Counted from the first letter of the stretch, positions 1 through 14,198 are shown. The stretch is 64,000 nucleotides of DNA from Eledone cirrhosa (GCA_964016885.1 OZ024740.1:355074001-355138000); one strand, 5' to 3'. Made by a program: numbers and translations. The notes: generated from the letters alone by a model not told the origin.

Positions 1-78
1 AAAGCATGGCGTCAGGCCCTCTACCAATACTGCCAATCCACACTGAATTCACAACAAATAATAAAGATCAATACTTAC

Positions 79-154
79 AGTTCGCATAGTTTTATCTGCA
101 TATAAGAAATACTCTGAGAATAAACGGTGAATAATTGAGTGAGATAACAGGCTC
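79..154 (-). CDS. PUM3: PUM3 coding exon 10 (last in window; gene continues left)
   Basis: AG/GT bounded; phase-consistent; SLLSHSIIHRLFSEYFLYADKTMRT resembles human PUM3 AVIKHSLVHKVFLDFF. Confidence 0.9.
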
Positions 155-322
155 CTGGAAATTTGAAAACATTTCACATATTAGGTGGATATAAAACATT
201 ACAAGTGTCTTTTAAAAGTCATATATATATTGTGAAGGTACATTGCTAAGTGGTTAGATTACTGGATTCAAGATGTAAGGTTGTATATTCAATCCCCAGA
301 CAAGGCAGCATGTTATGTTCTT

Positions 323-502
323 AATTGTTTCTATTTTTTGGCACAAGGCCAGCAATTATCCCAATGTATTACTGGTACTTTTATCGACCCTGTAAGGATG
401 AAAGGCAAAGTTAACCTCGGCAGGATTTGAACTCTGAACATAAAGGGCCATAACTCTTTGCTGCAAAGCATGGTGTCTGACTCTCTACCGATACTGCCAA
501 TC
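323..502 (-). mobile_element. tRNA-derived SINE with Meta-like central domain. Further copies: 1-41, 8560-8950, 9263-9443, 10495-10665, 18350-18500, 20352-20525, 30340-30770, 41990-42135, 44233-44418, 45121-45435, 46040-46535, 63941-64000
   Basis: A-box TGGCAGTAT.GGT, B-box GAGTTCAAATCC, conserved CTTTGCCTTTCATCCTT.CGGGGTCGATAAA...AGTACCAG in many copies. Confidence 0.85.
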
Positions 503-533
503 CATGGAAATAGTTAATTGAAATATTACTCAC

Positions 534-637
534 TTTTCAATGAGAGGAACTAAAATTTCCTTCATATTTTCCAGAATTGTTTCCTTTTTCTTGGGGTATA
601 CATTAAACATATCTTCTAAGCAAGTGATCTCATCATT
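534..637 (-). CDS. PUM3: PUM3 coding exon 9
   Basis: tttag|AAT...GAAAA|gtgag; NDEITCLEDMFNVYPKKKETILENMKEILVPLIEK. Confidence 0.9.
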
Positions 638-706
638 CTAAATCAATAAAGAAGTAATTATGAATTAATTAAGAGTAAAAAATCATCTGAAATCAAATTG
701 ATATAA

Positions 707-1121
707 TCTCTTAACATTGTATAATTAAAATATTTCAAACAGGTTTGTTAATTCGAATGTTTATGATATCTTTACTAGTGGACAGATTGTTGTGAAAATT
801 TGCAGCATTCAGAGTAAAGTCATATACTCTTAATATCTTGTACCACACTAGCAAGACATCCTTGAAAAGTACAAAACAGCACTATGAATACATCACATTA
901 AAAATTAAAGCCTTTAGTTTACTGCAAATTTTCACAACAATCTGTCCACCAGTAAAGATAATATTATAAGCATTTCAATTCAGAATCTTATTTTTAGATA
1001 TTTTCTGTTGAATCATTACAGGGTGTTAACAGTTAATGTTTAATGCAGCCATAGTGCTATTTTGTACTTTTCAAGAATGTCTTGCTAATGTCATTTCATG
1101 TGGTACAAGGTATTAAGGGTT
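707..1121. mobile_element. TTAA-type MITE family A, with an inverted copy of the same family nested inside (826-1035). Other copies: 4483-4695, 7128-7296, 7528-7697, 8094-8313, 40217-40708, 48533-48738
   Basis: Termini TTAACTCTTAA...TTAAGAGTTAA; shared internal sequence across copies. Confidence 0.7.
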
Positions 1122-1691
1122 TAGCATTTTAGAAGAGATTTATTTATTTTGAAAGTAGTAAGATGGTCATATGGATATATTATCAGCCTAGTACATAGAA
1201 TTTGACTTCAAATCCACTGCAATTGCAATCATTGTTTCTGAGCAGAAGGCATTATCTGAGGTCAGCTAATCCTTAAAAGAGTACCAGATCATTTAGGAAA
1301 ACTAACTATGATAGACTGGCATCCTATTCAAGAGAAAAAGTCGGTAATCAAGTGGAGCAACTGATCAATTAGACTGACCCACACCTTGCTTACATACATT
1401 CCTGTACTCTACTAAGTGCATTTTATCACAATATCAGCACAAGGAAGGCTGTCATATTTTTGACACAACTGGAGTCCTCTTGACCATTTCCTATAGCTGG
1501 ATGCTCTTCCTAACGCCAACCACTTTATAGACAAACAACATTTTTTAAAAATAGGAACAAGAGCAAGATTACACTAAATTACAGAGACTCTACGTAACTG
1601 GTGCTTATTTTATCAACTTTGGAATGCCAAAAGGCAAAGGTATGTAATACTGTGAGGCAATACTTCATCAATTAATAATAACAATAAGTAC

Positions 1692-1796
1692 CTTTAAAAA
1701 CTTGTATGTTGCACCATAGAAATCTTCCAAAAGTGCTTGGCGTTGTGTTGCATTTGCATATTCATTATAGGTGTATTCAATGATATCTGATGCTTC
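1692..1796 (-). CDS. PUM3: PUM3 coding exon 8
   Basis: EASDIIEYTYNEYANATQRQALLEDFYGATYKFLK resembles human EASAIVEYAYND...EELYG; canonical splice sites. Confidence 0.93.
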
Positions 1797-2828
1797 CTAA
1801 AAATAAATGAAAATATATTTTTTTTAAATCAACACAATGTCTACTGATGTTTCAGGACAATGTTGAGGTGGAGGGAAGTAACTGAAACATAAATATCTGA
1901 TGACCTACATCTATACAGTAGTTTCAATTCTCATTTGAAACCATTTCACTTCTATTATTAATGTCTTGTGATTGAAATTAGGTAGACAGAAACTATTTGG
2001 AAACCTGTTGGACGGACTGTACATCATAATCATCATCACTGTTTTACGTCCATTTTTCCACGCTTTCCAAGTTGTCATGTTGTGGGTAATGCTAGGTCAG
2101 GAGACCATGTCATGCACATACAGAACTGATTTTGGCTTGGTTTCTACAACCGCATTTACAGTGAGTACTGGGTGCTTTTTGCCATGTTTCCAACACTACC
2201 ACGTTACAGTGTGGACTGGGTGCCTTTTGTCATGTCACCAACATGACCACAGTATGGACTGATGTAATTTAAAAGGCCAGATTATATCACACACTATCAT
2301 GCTGAATTTCCCAGAGAATTATATTACAGGTACATGTGTTAGTGGAATCCCCATCATTGAAAGTGTTGGAGGTTCATTCCTTCCTATTACTAACAGTTGA
2401 GAAAAGCATGAAAATCAATTACACAACTTCATTTCTATCTTCTCCAATAAAACTTTAGTATTGCACCACTATCACTTAACAGCAGGCAGTGGAGTACAAT
2501 GTAAATTTAGAGTGAAAGAAATCTGCACTCGCTTTCATTCAAAGCTGAAACTACTTTGCCAATGTTGTTGGTAATTGCATGAACACCACCTCCTCTGACT
2601 TCTCCTAAAACTCGAGTGTAGTTGCTCTACAGTCTCCCGAATTAGGTTAATTATTTTCTATACAAAAAGGATGAATGGGGACCAGCTTTTGACAATGTTA
2701 AGCAGATGAGAAATAAATTTTTACCTATACAGGATACAAATCGCAAATAGGATTTTCTGCAGAATAGATTGAACAATATATCACTTGTTTAATTCCACAG
2801 CTCTGCTGATCCTTACAGCAGTGAATTA

Positions 2829-2981
2829 CCGTATTTCCCGGCGTTGAAGACACTACTTTTTTCTTAAAATAAGTCTCAAAAATCTACCATGCATCCTGGA
2901 GGTTGATGAAGGTTGTTTATTATTTTTTTCAAATTTTTGGTTGTCAAAATTAGGGCATGTCTTCGGCACTGGGAAATACAG
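2829..2981. mobile_element. Tc1/mariner(pogo)-type MITE
   Basis: TIR CCGTATTTCCCGGCG / CACTGGGAAATACAG flanked by TA. Confidence 0.65.
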
Positions 2982-3850
2982 TATATCATTCTAGGTAGTT
3001 AATTACAATCAGCTAGATTCAGTTGTTGATAGTTAAGTGCTCAGACCAAGAATATAACAAATTAGAGGGCATATAAACTGCCAAACTCTCAGCTAGTTAT
3101 CCAGTAAACAATCAAATCTCTTATTCTGTCTAATCAGAATGAAGAAGCTATATTATTCTGTTGAATGTGGAAGGGGAGAGTTGAGAGACGGAGAAGGTTT
3201 CATTGTTTTGGTTACCTACAGAACATGCAGACGACACACAACTAAACAAGATGTATGCCTAGGTCTATCATCATCATCATCATCATCACTGTTTAACTAT
3301 TTTCCATGCTTGCATGGGTTAGACAGATTGTCATGTTCTAAGGCTAGACCACTCAGGTGCATGCATGCTCCATTTTTGGCTGGATGCTTTTCTTATCACT
3401 AACCACTTTATAGTATTTACTTAGAACGTTTTATTGTGACTATAGGGTGGACTGGATGATATTTGTTGTCACCAGCACAACTGCTTTATAGTGCAGGCTG
3501 GGTGCTTTTTATCGTGGCAATCTAAAGCATTTTGAAATCAATGTTGGACAAGAAGAAAACTGAAGAAGAAAGCAACCACTATATTAATTTGATATCAATA
3601 ATATCCAATTCTTGTGTATGAGCAACAACAGAAAACTGTACAGTGATAGTAGTAATATTGATGTCAATATATTTTCAGCATATTATAATGGATATAGTAA
3701 AGTTACAACCTATGACCAAGTGAACAGGTGTTCAGTAGGTTAATTTGAAATCAATTGGCAGTTAGCTGGATATCTTTTAAAATGTTATTTATATCATTTT
3801 TAAGATTGCTACAACTCTAATAATAAAAGTATGTTAATATTTATACTCAC

Positions 3851-3920
3851 CCTATGTCTAATAAGTCTACTTGCTTGGCTACAGAGAGACTTAAATACTA
3901 CACTTCGTTCAGTCTTTGAG
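3851..3920 (-). CDS. PUM3: PUM3 coding exon 7
   Basis: SKTERSVVFKSLCSQASRLIRHR; tgtag|...|gtgag; phases 2 to 0 fit the neighbouring exons. Confidence 0.88.
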
Positions 3921-5113
3921 CTACAAAGGAAAATAAAAAAATTAAAATCAATCATATATTAAAACACCAACAAAAATGCCACACATTTTAAATCTTTTCC
4001 AGTTTATCAAGATGAAAAGATGTCATGATATCAACATCCTCATATGTCTGTTTTCCATGATGGCATGGGTTGGACAGGTCCATTACAGTTTGTGACTAGA
4101 TGGGTTCAAGAACGCCATCCTGCTCGTACATTCACTAGAGTTAGCACATATTTTTTTATCCCACAGAATATGATGCTGATGCCTGTATCTCTTAGGTAAG
4201 TTTCCCAGGACAGCTAGATCACTGCAAAAGGTTTGTCGAACTAGATACACAAACTTAATAATAAACCTTCAATATTGTAGTTTATTCAAATGAATGATTC
4301 AAACACAGGAAGTCTTTCTTTCTCCCTTAGGTGTTTTATCTTAATTTTGAGAAAAAGAGAAGAGGAGGGTGTGTATATCTAGAATGACAAACACAAATAT
4401 TATTGGCATTTATTTTACTGGTCTTAGTGACATCTTTTTCTTGAAAAATTGCTAAAAAGAGCAGCTAAATCTTTCTCAATGCTCTTAACATTTTATAATG
4501 ATTTAGCAGAAAATATCAAAAAATGGGTTTATTAATTTAAACGTTTATAGTGTTTTTACTAGTGGACAGATCATCAACCTGTGGACATTTTCAGTAAACT
4601 AAAGACTTAAATTTTCAATGTGATAATGATGCTTTATACTTTTCAAGAATATCTTCCTAATGCAGTTTTATACTGTACAGGGCGTTAAGAGTTAAAAACA
4701 ACAAAATAAACACATTGCATAATGTAGTCCATACTATGTCTGAAAAGAAATATATGGTGATCATCAAAATTTCTTTAATTATAGATCTGTTTGATTAGGA
4801 TCGACTTCGGGCTAAACAACAACCAAGTGTTAACAAGTAAACATGGGAGTTAATTGACCCACTAAAAATAGCAGCCAAATTTTCCACAAATAACACCATG
4901 CCATCTTAGACATATCCTTAGTATTAGTTATACCATATCTAAATAAACGACAGCACCTCCATGGCTGGAACTGCTTTGGTCAGAGTTGTCTTGAGGCTAA
5001 ACAATAATAACTCAAGTGTTGGACATTTAAATGAAAGCTAGCTTCAGTTTTTGAACTCAGCGTGCAATAATTTTAAAAAAGGAGAGAAAGGTGTGAGAGT
5101 GAAATCAACTTAC

Positions 5114-5180
5114 CCATAACTAAGGAATTTTCTGACAATAAATTTTGCATATTTTGACTCAACCATCTCAACAACTTTAT
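5114..5180 (-). CDS. PUM3: PUM3 coding exon 6
   Basis: KVVEMVESKYAKFIVRKFLSYG resembles human LVELSKAKYSRNIVKKFLMYG. Confidence 0.92.
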
Positions 5181-5519
5181 CTAGAATTAAATTAAAAATG
5201 AAAAAATAAATTGATAAGAAAAAAATAAGACTTACCATATATACTCAAATATAAGCCAAGGAATATGTGACCAAAAAATCGATGGTAGAAGGGGGAAGTG
5301 GGGTTGGCTTATGTTTTGATGATTTTCACCAACTTCAAGTTTTACAAAATAAGGTTTGGCTTTTGCCCATTTCTTAGACATAAAATAGTGGAGTTGGCTT
5401 ATGTTCGAGTATATATGGTAATAAATAAAATACATAATTGTCATTGTTAAACTGGAGTTTGGAACATAACTTAAAAGATTATTACATAAAATATAAGAAC
5501 TTTAGAATGATCAGTTTTA

Positions 5520-6047
5520 TAACAGGTAAGCTAACAAAGAACATAGATTTTATATGTGGCCGGTGCTCTGGTGCAATAAGTAGCAGCAAGTGCTCACAGA
5601 ATACTAGCTCATTCCATTGCACAGATGGTTCTATAGAAATAGTGGACAGCTTCCGTTACCTGGGTGACAAAATCAGCAGTGGGGGAGGGTGCTCTGAAAG
5701 TACAGTAGCTAGAGTCAGAACTGGATGGAAAAAGTTCAGAGAGCTTATACCACTATTAGCCACTAAAGGGTTCTCTCTAAAAATGAAAGGCAGGCTGTAT
5801 GATGCCTGCATACGAACAGCAATGTTACATGGCAGTGAGACTTGGGCATTGTGTGCAGAGGATATACGCAGACTGGAGAGGAACGAAGCTTGCATGCTCC
5901 GCTGGATGTGTAATAGTAATATACGTGAATAGCAAAGCATAAACGAACTAAGGGAAAAATTAGAAATAAGAGGGATCAGATGTTGTTTACTCGAGAGAAG
6001 GCTACGTTGGTATGGTCACGTGATGCGCATGAAAGACGACAGCTGTC
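5520..6047 (+). mobile_element. Internal fragment of the RTE LINE family seen intact at 55000-58101
   Basis: Near-identical peptide ITGKLTKNIDF.CGRC...LRWMCNSNIRE. Confidence 0.9.
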
Positions 6048-6136
6048 CTTTTTTTCATTGCAAATACTATTCTTTGGAGAAAGAAAATAAGATAAATGAT
6101 CCTAGCATATCTCTAAGTATCTTATAAATGACATAC

Positions 6137-6230
6137 GTTTCAATTCATCAAAAAGGGTAGCTCTTTGTTCCATGTTTCCAAATTGGATAAGACACTGTAA
6201 TACTCGGGCACCATCGTGAGTGAATGCCAT
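6137..6230 (-). CDS. PUM3: PUM3 coding exon 5
   Basis: MAFTHDGARVLQCLIQFGNMEQRATLFDELK resembles human IAFAHDSTRVIQCYIQYGNEEQR. Confidence 0.95.
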
Positions 6231-6934
6231 CTGAAATCAACAAAAAATAATCATTTTAGTAAATGCCATGGTGAGATAGAGGATAAAAACATAATTAAAT
6301 TGATGTTATACATGTTAAAGTAATTATTAGTATGACATTTATTGTATACCACCAGCAGCACATTGCAACAAATAACATAAACAGTATACTTTGCACCATT
6401 ACAGGTTACATATAGACAGCATACACAATGAAATGAAAATACCCAAAATGAAAGATGATTTGAACATGTAAGACGTATAGTCTTACACTGTAGAAAGCTT
6501 CAACACACAAATCCTCTGCCACTACATATTTAATTACCCTCTAATAACCAGAGGAATGGGCTCCATCTGGTTTTAAATGCCCAAGGCATGCTGTGTGTCA
6601 GGATAGCACACCTACGATTCTACCAGGAATCTGGCGCCTTTATCTTTATAGTAAAAGTACTATTCTTTCCATGCAGGCTAATAAAAAAAATTGTGTTGGA
6701 ATGTATAAAACCAATCAGTACAGAGTAATACCAAAAGTTGATTTTTGACAGGGTCCATTTTACCTCTATTTGATGCTTGGCATGTCTTTATACAACTCTC
6801 ACACCAGCACAATTGTCTTTCTTGAACATTACCCATCCAACAATTCATGCATACTTCATTCTTTCAAATTGTCACAGCATGGAAAAGAAAACATATAGCA
6901 ATGATGGTTATGTAATAGATATAATAAAACTCAC

Positions 6935-7010
6935 CATTTGTGTTTTTCCTTTTGATATATCCATAAGTTGTTTACAGAGCTTGACACGTTTATCAACAGT
7001 TAAGTCATGT
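6935..7010 (-). CDS. PUM3: PUM3 coding exon 4
   Basis: HDLTVDKRVKLCKQLMDISKGKTQM; canonical AG/GT. Confidence 0.9.
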
Positions 7011-7750
7011 CTATAAAAAAAACGTCACCATTATTAAAGAACATTATTTCTGGGACATATTTAAAAGACAAAACATAGTCAATGTAGCAAGATGCATTAT
7101 ATACATATATTGTTATTAGCATTGAATTTAACTCTTAACACCCTGTACGTAAATTGCATCACATTAAAAATTAATGTCTAGATTACTGCAAATTTTTTTA
7201 CAATCTGTACATGAGTAAAGATACTATAAACATTTGAATTAACAAACCTACTTTTAGGTATTTTGAGTTAAATTATTACAAGATGTTATGAGTTAATTAA
7301 AATTACATGCCAGCTCAATTTGGATAGTGAAATCATGAATATGTGTGAATGAGATAGGAGTTTTACATATGGATGATTACTCAAATACCACTTTAACCAT
7401 GAGTGGGGCTTTTTTTCAGTTATATTGAATAAAGCAGGCAGGGTAATGTTTTGCATAACATCAGTACTTCAGTTAAAATCTACAAACTTCAGAATAGAGA
7501 TTTAATAGCTGCCCAGTCAGAGATTGCTAACTCTTAATGTCTTGTACCACATGAAACTGCATTAGTAAGGCATTCTTGAAATGTAGAAAACAGTACTATG
7601 GTTGTATTACATTAAACATTTTGAAGTCTTTAGTTTACTGCAAATTTTTACAATGATCTATCCACTAGGTATTTTATCATTACAGATATGTTAAGAGAAA
7701 ATTAAATGATGCCTACACTCTTCTTCCAAGCAATCCATTGATTTCATTTT

Positions 7751-7961
7751 TTAACCTTTTAGCATTTACATTATATATACTATTATATTTTCATGGTAAA
7801 GCTTTACCACACATAATATCGAATCTACGAGGTTTTGATGTTATTTATTTTGAGAACAATACGTTAACATCAGTATGAGCAACCGGTTACAGCTGGTTTG
7901 AACAGAAAGAGGGTGAAAGAATTCTGGCCGGATATGGCCAGTTTAAATGCTAAAAGGTTAA
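7751..7961. mobile_element. piggyBac-like (TTAA) MITE family B. Also 10125-10321, 20232-20626, 23856-24083
   Basis: TTAA-CCTTTTAGCATTTA...TAAATGCTAAAAGG-TTAA. Confidence 0.75.
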
Positions 7962-8380
7962 ACTGAAGATAAAACCTTTATCTCCAAATTCTATTGGTGT
8001 ATTATTGAAATAAGTGCAGGTATGGCTGCATGACATTTTGAGGTAGAATTTCCTGTCACAGACTTATAAAAACAAAGATGGATTTTTAACATTTTAACTT
8101 TTAACATCCTGTGATGATTTAGCAGAAAATATCTAAAACAGGTTTGGTAATTCAAATGATTGTAGTATCTTTATTAGTGGACAGATGAAAATTTGCAGCA
8201 TTAAATTAAAGTAAAGACTTAAATTTTTAATTTGATACATTTATAGTGTTATTTTATACTTCTCAAGAATGTCTTGCAAACGCAGATTAATGAGAGACAG
8301 GACTATAAGAATTAAAGCAACTAATTTTACTTTCAACCAAGTTGCAAATTTCTGGGAGATAATTACACAAAAGATCTTAC

Positions 8381-8495
8381 TTTCTCAGTTCTTCCCAAAT
8401 GTGCTTTGAACTTTGGAGCAGGGTATAGTTATTCCGCAACTTTTTGAAATCTTTTTTCTCTTCTTTAGCATTCTTAGCTTTTTTTTTTTTTGCAT
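8381..8495 (-). CDS. PUM3: PUM3 coding exon 3
   Basis: DAKKKKAKNAKEEKKDFKKLRNNYTLLQSSKHIWEELRK contains the Puf6/PUM3 K-x-IWE-x-LR motif. Confidence 0.92.
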
Positions 8496-11400
8496 CTATT
8501 ACAAAAAGAGAAATGTAAAATATAAGAATCAAAATCATTCAAACCGAAATATGATATCTAATTTTGGCACAAGGCCAGAAATTTGGGTGGAATGTTATAC
8601 CGGCCCCAGTACTTGACTGGTACATTATTTTATTGGCCCGAGAAGGATGAAAGGCAAAGTTGATGACAGCAAAATTTGAAAACAGACTGTAACTAAATAC
8701 TACAAAGCATTTTGTTCAACGCTCTAACGATTCTGCCACCCGATCTTTCTAATAGCAGCACTAGGCCAATAAATTTGTGGGAGGGGAAAGTTGAATATAC
8801 TGACACAGTACTTGACAGGTACTTTACCATATCAATTCTGCAAGGATGAAAAGTAAAGTTGACCACAGCAAGATTTGAACTTAGAATATAAAAATCTGTA
8901 ATTAAATACTGTAAAGCATTTTGTCTTAACACTAACAATTCTGCTAATTCACTGCTCTCAAAATGTACATAAAAAGTACTTCATTATTGGCTGTTAGAAC
9001 ACTGAGTAATAGCTCTATTTCTCAGACTAAGATATTTGTTAGATAATATCAAGGGAAACTTCTCCAACAGTATAATACATAAGCCTTCAATGCTAGATCA
9101 TTATTGTCCTCCTCAAAAAGTTAAACAAAGAACTTCTCCATGTCACTTTCTGCACTAAATATATGTCTAACAGATCATTCTCTTGCATGTCTTCTTAATA
9201 AGCTGGCTAGGTGGTAGTATGAGGAAAACTATATGGTTGGAGTGGCTACTATCAGAAATGATAATTGTTTCTACTTTAGGCACAAGGCCAGCAATTATCC
9301 CAGTGCATTACTGGTACTTTATTTTATTGACCCTGTAAGGATGAAAGGCAAAGTTAACCTCGGCGGGATTTGAACTCAGATCATAAAGGGACGTAACTAT
9401 GCTGGAAAGCATGGCGTCCGACCCTCTACCGGTACTGCCAATCCGGGCATTGCAAAACCTTTCTCATATCGTAAATACCAGTAACATTTTTATATATTGC
9501 AGCCCTTTTCAATGAGATATATAGTAGTTACCATAGATTGTTATGGGTCACTATAAGGATTATGAACAAAGATGAACACTTTACTATTGATGGCACACAT
9601 ATATATAGCCAACAGTGAATGTGTTTTATGTTTACAACTGTTCTATTCTTTTATTTATTTTCCACTATTGAACTGAACTATGTCTTCAAGAATTTGGTTG
9701 ATTACATGGACCTTCAGCACTCATTTTATTGACTTTGTAACGAAAGGTAAAATGGATTTTAATGGGATTTGAACTTAAAATGTAAAAGTGCATAACCAAA
9801 TAATACAAGGTATTTTGTCTAATGATACCAATTCTGCCATCCATAAAGAATGTTGGTAGATAGGTTCCTTTAACTTCACCTAATTGACTTGAGCATCAAC
9901 AAACAACTGGTGTAAACGACAATGGTTTGTATTTTATCAGTACTACTGTATTGAGTTCCTGGTTAAACAGCTTAACCCATTTGGCTTTACCTCTTTTGTT
10001 ACTGTATTTCTAATGAAATACACTATCTATGTGTATTAATTAATTAAAAAAAGGAAATTGAAGAATTTAATGAAATAGCTAATATTAGTAAGCTATTGTT
10101 TCAAACATTACTTTAAAAGTTTCTTAACCGTTAGCATTTCATTACTCTATATATACTATTATATTTTTACGGTAAAGTCTTTACCTTACATAATATCGAA
10201 TCTGACATTTTGATATAATTTATTTTGAGAACAATGCCTTAATATCAGTATAAGCATCCGGATAAAGCCAGTTTGAACAGAAAGAGGTGAGAGAATTCTG
10301 GCCAAATACAGCCGGTTTAAAGAAAATTACGATGGACCGTTTTAATATAAAGTATGAACATTTTAAAACGAGAAGTTGAATATCATAAAAACCAAGACAG
10401 TTTCGGTAGGTTGTTATCAAAAGGGTTAAACAAATAGTATGAAGAAGCACAATTCATCACAACAAATAACAGAGTATTATTATGGAACTGGTTAGGGCGG
10501 TGGATTGGCAGTTTCAGTAGATAATCGGACGCCATGCTTTGCAGCAAAGAGTTACGGCCTTTTATGGTCTGAGTTCAAATCCTGCCGAGGTTAACTTTGC
10601 CTTTCATCCTTATCCCAGTAATACACTGGGATAATTGCTGGCCTTGTGCCAAAAGTAGAAACAATTATTGTGGAACTGGTGGCTAACCTGAAATAACAGC
10701 TGGTTCTTTGATACAAAATTGTTTATTTTAAAGTGAATAAATTAGAATTTTCCATCATAACTTTATATGGGAACAGTTTGATAACTTATTAACACTAGCT
10801 TGATATAGAAATTAATGTAAAAGTTAAATACATTATTAAATCCTTACAAATTCCTGATAATTAACTGAAACACATGGGCAGTGTTTCATAAGAAATATTG
10901 TCACAAAAGGGTTAAATAATTTTCTTAACAGTTAAGTGAATAAGATGCATAAAATTAAGTGTCACTTCACTTTTCCCATGACCCTCCAGGAGTGTAGGGA
11001 CAGTTTATACAGCTATCATAGATAGAGCCCAGTCTAACCCCTCCCTCTTTGGGTTAAAAAAAAAATTGAGTGTATTATCTAAATATACATGGAAACAACT
11101 GCTGCAAGTTTGAATCCAAGACTTATGAGGAGACAGTAAAAAAATTATTTACACTTGGCAATTTCATTTTTACAATAGGAAATATCTCTCTTAATTGCTT
11201 ATTTTTCTGGAAACGGTAATTAAGATATCCCATTAGGATAGTTTCCTGTAATAAAACAAACTACTGTGGGAAATAAAGTATCTGCAGAAGACATCTAAAA
11301 TATAAGAACAATATACTTAACAGAGAAAGAATCCTACAGATATATAACAATTTCTGGAATTAGAATTTCTCAAAAAATATCATCTTAAAATGATGTCTTT

Positions 11401-12255
11401 AAATATTGTTTTATTACATAAATGGGTACAAATATCACACTACTTTGGTTATAATCAAATGTTATTTTACTTAAAGTTCAAATGGTATATAAACCAGAGT
11501 GATAAAAGCTATCACAATGGTGAAAAAAGAAAAATATATTTATTCCATATTTTAGCTTTAAGCCTTTTCACAAGACATAAGGTTATATGACACAAACCTC
11601 TTATTTTAAAAGCGCCATATTTAATTAAAATTTTCAATGTAATTTCACATAAGAAGCTTTTGATAAGCTAGGTTTTAAACATCATCTTAATAATAAAAAA
11701 AAAATAGGTATTTTAATATATCCTACAAAATTCTTGATTATTTTCAAAATTTGTTGAAATACAGAGCAACATATTTCATTACAAATATGAAAACAGTACA
11801 GCTCCCATGATTTTGGAAACATTTTTTCATGCTCAGAGTTGCTGAAGCATGGAACAAACTACCTGCATCAGTTGTTACCTGTCAGGACACAGCATCCTTC
11901 AAAACTTCCGTGCTTCCTGAAATTCGCCAACACTATACCTTCCATACATGCATGTGTCTGTGTATATCACGACTCATACACTGTTCACTTTCCTGACATT
12001 TGTACATTATTCTATGTACTATACATGCACCTTTGATGAGTTGTAGTGCACCTGAGCACTGTACACAATAATTTTCATTATTATTGAATCTTAATAACTT
12101 TTGATTAGAAACATTGTAATGGCTTTCACAAAACCTAATTGCTTATATTTCAAATCAGTTAAATGAACTACAAGATCTTACTTCAAAATGATATTGCTTA
12201 ATTTTCACTAAAACTTATGATAAGGAAAAAAAAAAGCAATACAAAAGATATTTAC

Positions 12256-12370
12256 CACCAGCTTCTGTATTTGCTAGTTTTCTTTTCAGCTTATTTTCTT
12301 TCAGTTTAGCTGGGATTGATTTACCATCTTTCAGTTTCTTCAATTTTTGCATTGCTCCCTTAACTTTCAC
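12256..12370 (-). CDS. PUM3: PUM3 coding exon 2 (Lys-rich)
   Basis: tttcag|GTGAAA...GGTG|gtaaat; phase 0 in and phase 1 out, joins exon 3 in frame. Confidence 0.8.
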
Positions 12371-12449
12371 CTGAAAGAAAGAAAAAGAATTTAGAATTAT
12401 ACACATATAAACTGAATACCTGACACACATTTTGTATTAAAATAACAGT

Positions 12450-12683
12450 TTAACCCTTTTAACACCGAACTATCCCTGATTCTACAATACAAAACTGTTT
12501 TAAAATATATATATTTATACAAAAACCTTCCATCACAATTTTAAGAACATTTAATTTATGCTCCAAACACCAGCTTAATAACAAGAAAGTTTGTTATACT
12601 ACTAAATTCTTGATTAATTTCAAAAGTATTTAAAAAATCAGAGGCAGTGTTTTTCATTAGAAATATAGTAACAAAAGGGTTAA
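12450..12683. mobile_element. piggyBac-like (TTAA) MITE family C. Relatives near 9972, 10680-10915, 29600-30030, 35053, 40723-41627
   Basis: TTAA-CCCTTTT...AAAAGGG-TTAA. Confidence 0.7.
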
Positions 12684-13123
12684 CATATATCACTACATCT
12701 ATTACTTTTAATAAGTGTTAACTGAAGGAGATAAATGTTTCACAAACCTACAAAAACCATTATTGCCAGTTTCCACTTAAGTCTGATTTTCTATAAACAG
12801 AATTGCCTCAGTGTTGTAGGCCATCAAAATATTCATCATTTTTAGTGCTGTTGATGCTTACACTAGTGAATTGTTCCTACCCTGTAGTAAAATGTTTTAG
12901 TTATATACACAATGTATTGTCGATGATAGGGCTTCTTCAACTTGTACAGTTGGTTGTCCACTACCTTTCTGACTTCTCTATATGAACAAAATGATAATCT
13001 TAAATATGACAGTGTGTAGATCCAAGCCTAACCTTGGAATTACTAAGAACAATTCCTGACCACCACATGGTGTGGTTTATCTGTAACCCTTTATAATCAA
13101 CTGAAGCTTTGTCCTGAAGACCA

Positions 13124-14198
13124 TTGCCTCCTTATCGAGTACCTCAGCCCCTGGTACTATCCCCCACTCTCTTCAACTTGTACATCAGTGACATACCCCA
13201 CACAAAATTACGACAGAATGGTTATACAGATGACCTTACCTTTCTCCACTCTGATAGAGTCTGGACTAACTTAGAGAGTGTACTAACAGCAGACATGAAT
13301 CAACTGGCATACATATTTCCTGACCTGGAGATTGACGCTGAGCATGGCAAAGATGGCTGCAATAGCATTTCACCTGAATACCAAGGAGGCCAATTGTCAG
13401 CTCACCATTAACCTTGATGCATACCCCCCCCCCCCTACAATGCCACACCAACATATCTTGGAGTAAAATTGGACTGATAACTGACCTAACCTACAGACAG
13501 CACCTTGAGTCCTTATCTGCAAAGGTGTCCATGAGGAATAACCTTCTACACTACTTGGCAGGCTCATCCACCCTACATACCAGTGCTTTAGCCTTAGTCT
13601 ACAGTGTTGCAGAAGCTCACATACTAAGAAGCTATATACAGCTGGATGTCTCCATCCTACACCAACTAAGTATCTACCTGTGCTCTCAGGTATTGTTCCT
13701 GCACCCCTTCGTAGAGAGCATCACACACACGAGGTTAGATACTAAGGCCTCAATATACCCAAGTCATCCCCTCCATGACATAGTTGAGGATTCTTAGCTA
13801 GTAGACCAACACCAACCCTCTTCTCTCGTGACACAGCAAAACTAAAATTTCAATATGCTTCAAACATGGAGAGCTAGCTGACAACAGACAATCCAGATTG
13901 GCCCAACTGAATGTCAGCCCCAATAAAACTCTCCCACCAGGCACTGACCTCTTTCGGGAGTGGGTGTCCTTGAATTAGTTACGCACAGGTGTCAGTCAAT
14001 TCAATGCAGCCATGCACCACTCAGGGCCATGGGCATCAGCAGCTTGACAGTGTGGCTCATCAGAGCAGACTGTAGGATATATACTGAGTGACAGCCAGGA
14101 TCTCGGTATATACATCACACACCCTAATCCCACTATGGTGAGCTGGTTACAGCACCCGTGGGATGTGACATGATTGCTGTCTCATAAGAAAGAAGAAA
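13124..14198 (+). mobile_element. Decayed non-LTR retrotransposon, Ingi/Vingi-like RT 3' half
   Basis: VLSPTLFNLYISDIP..GYTDDL, TYRQHL..RNNLL..LAG, TSALALVYS.AE; (GAA)-rich tail; frameshifted. Confidence 0.7.

Noticed and set aside
11153-11245. Exon-like segment on the minus strand (ttacag|GAAACT...) within a PUM3 intron
   Set aside because: Exons 12256-12370 and 8381-8495 already join in phase. Inclusion would give an early stop, the peptide is not PUM3-like, and there is no evidence of use.
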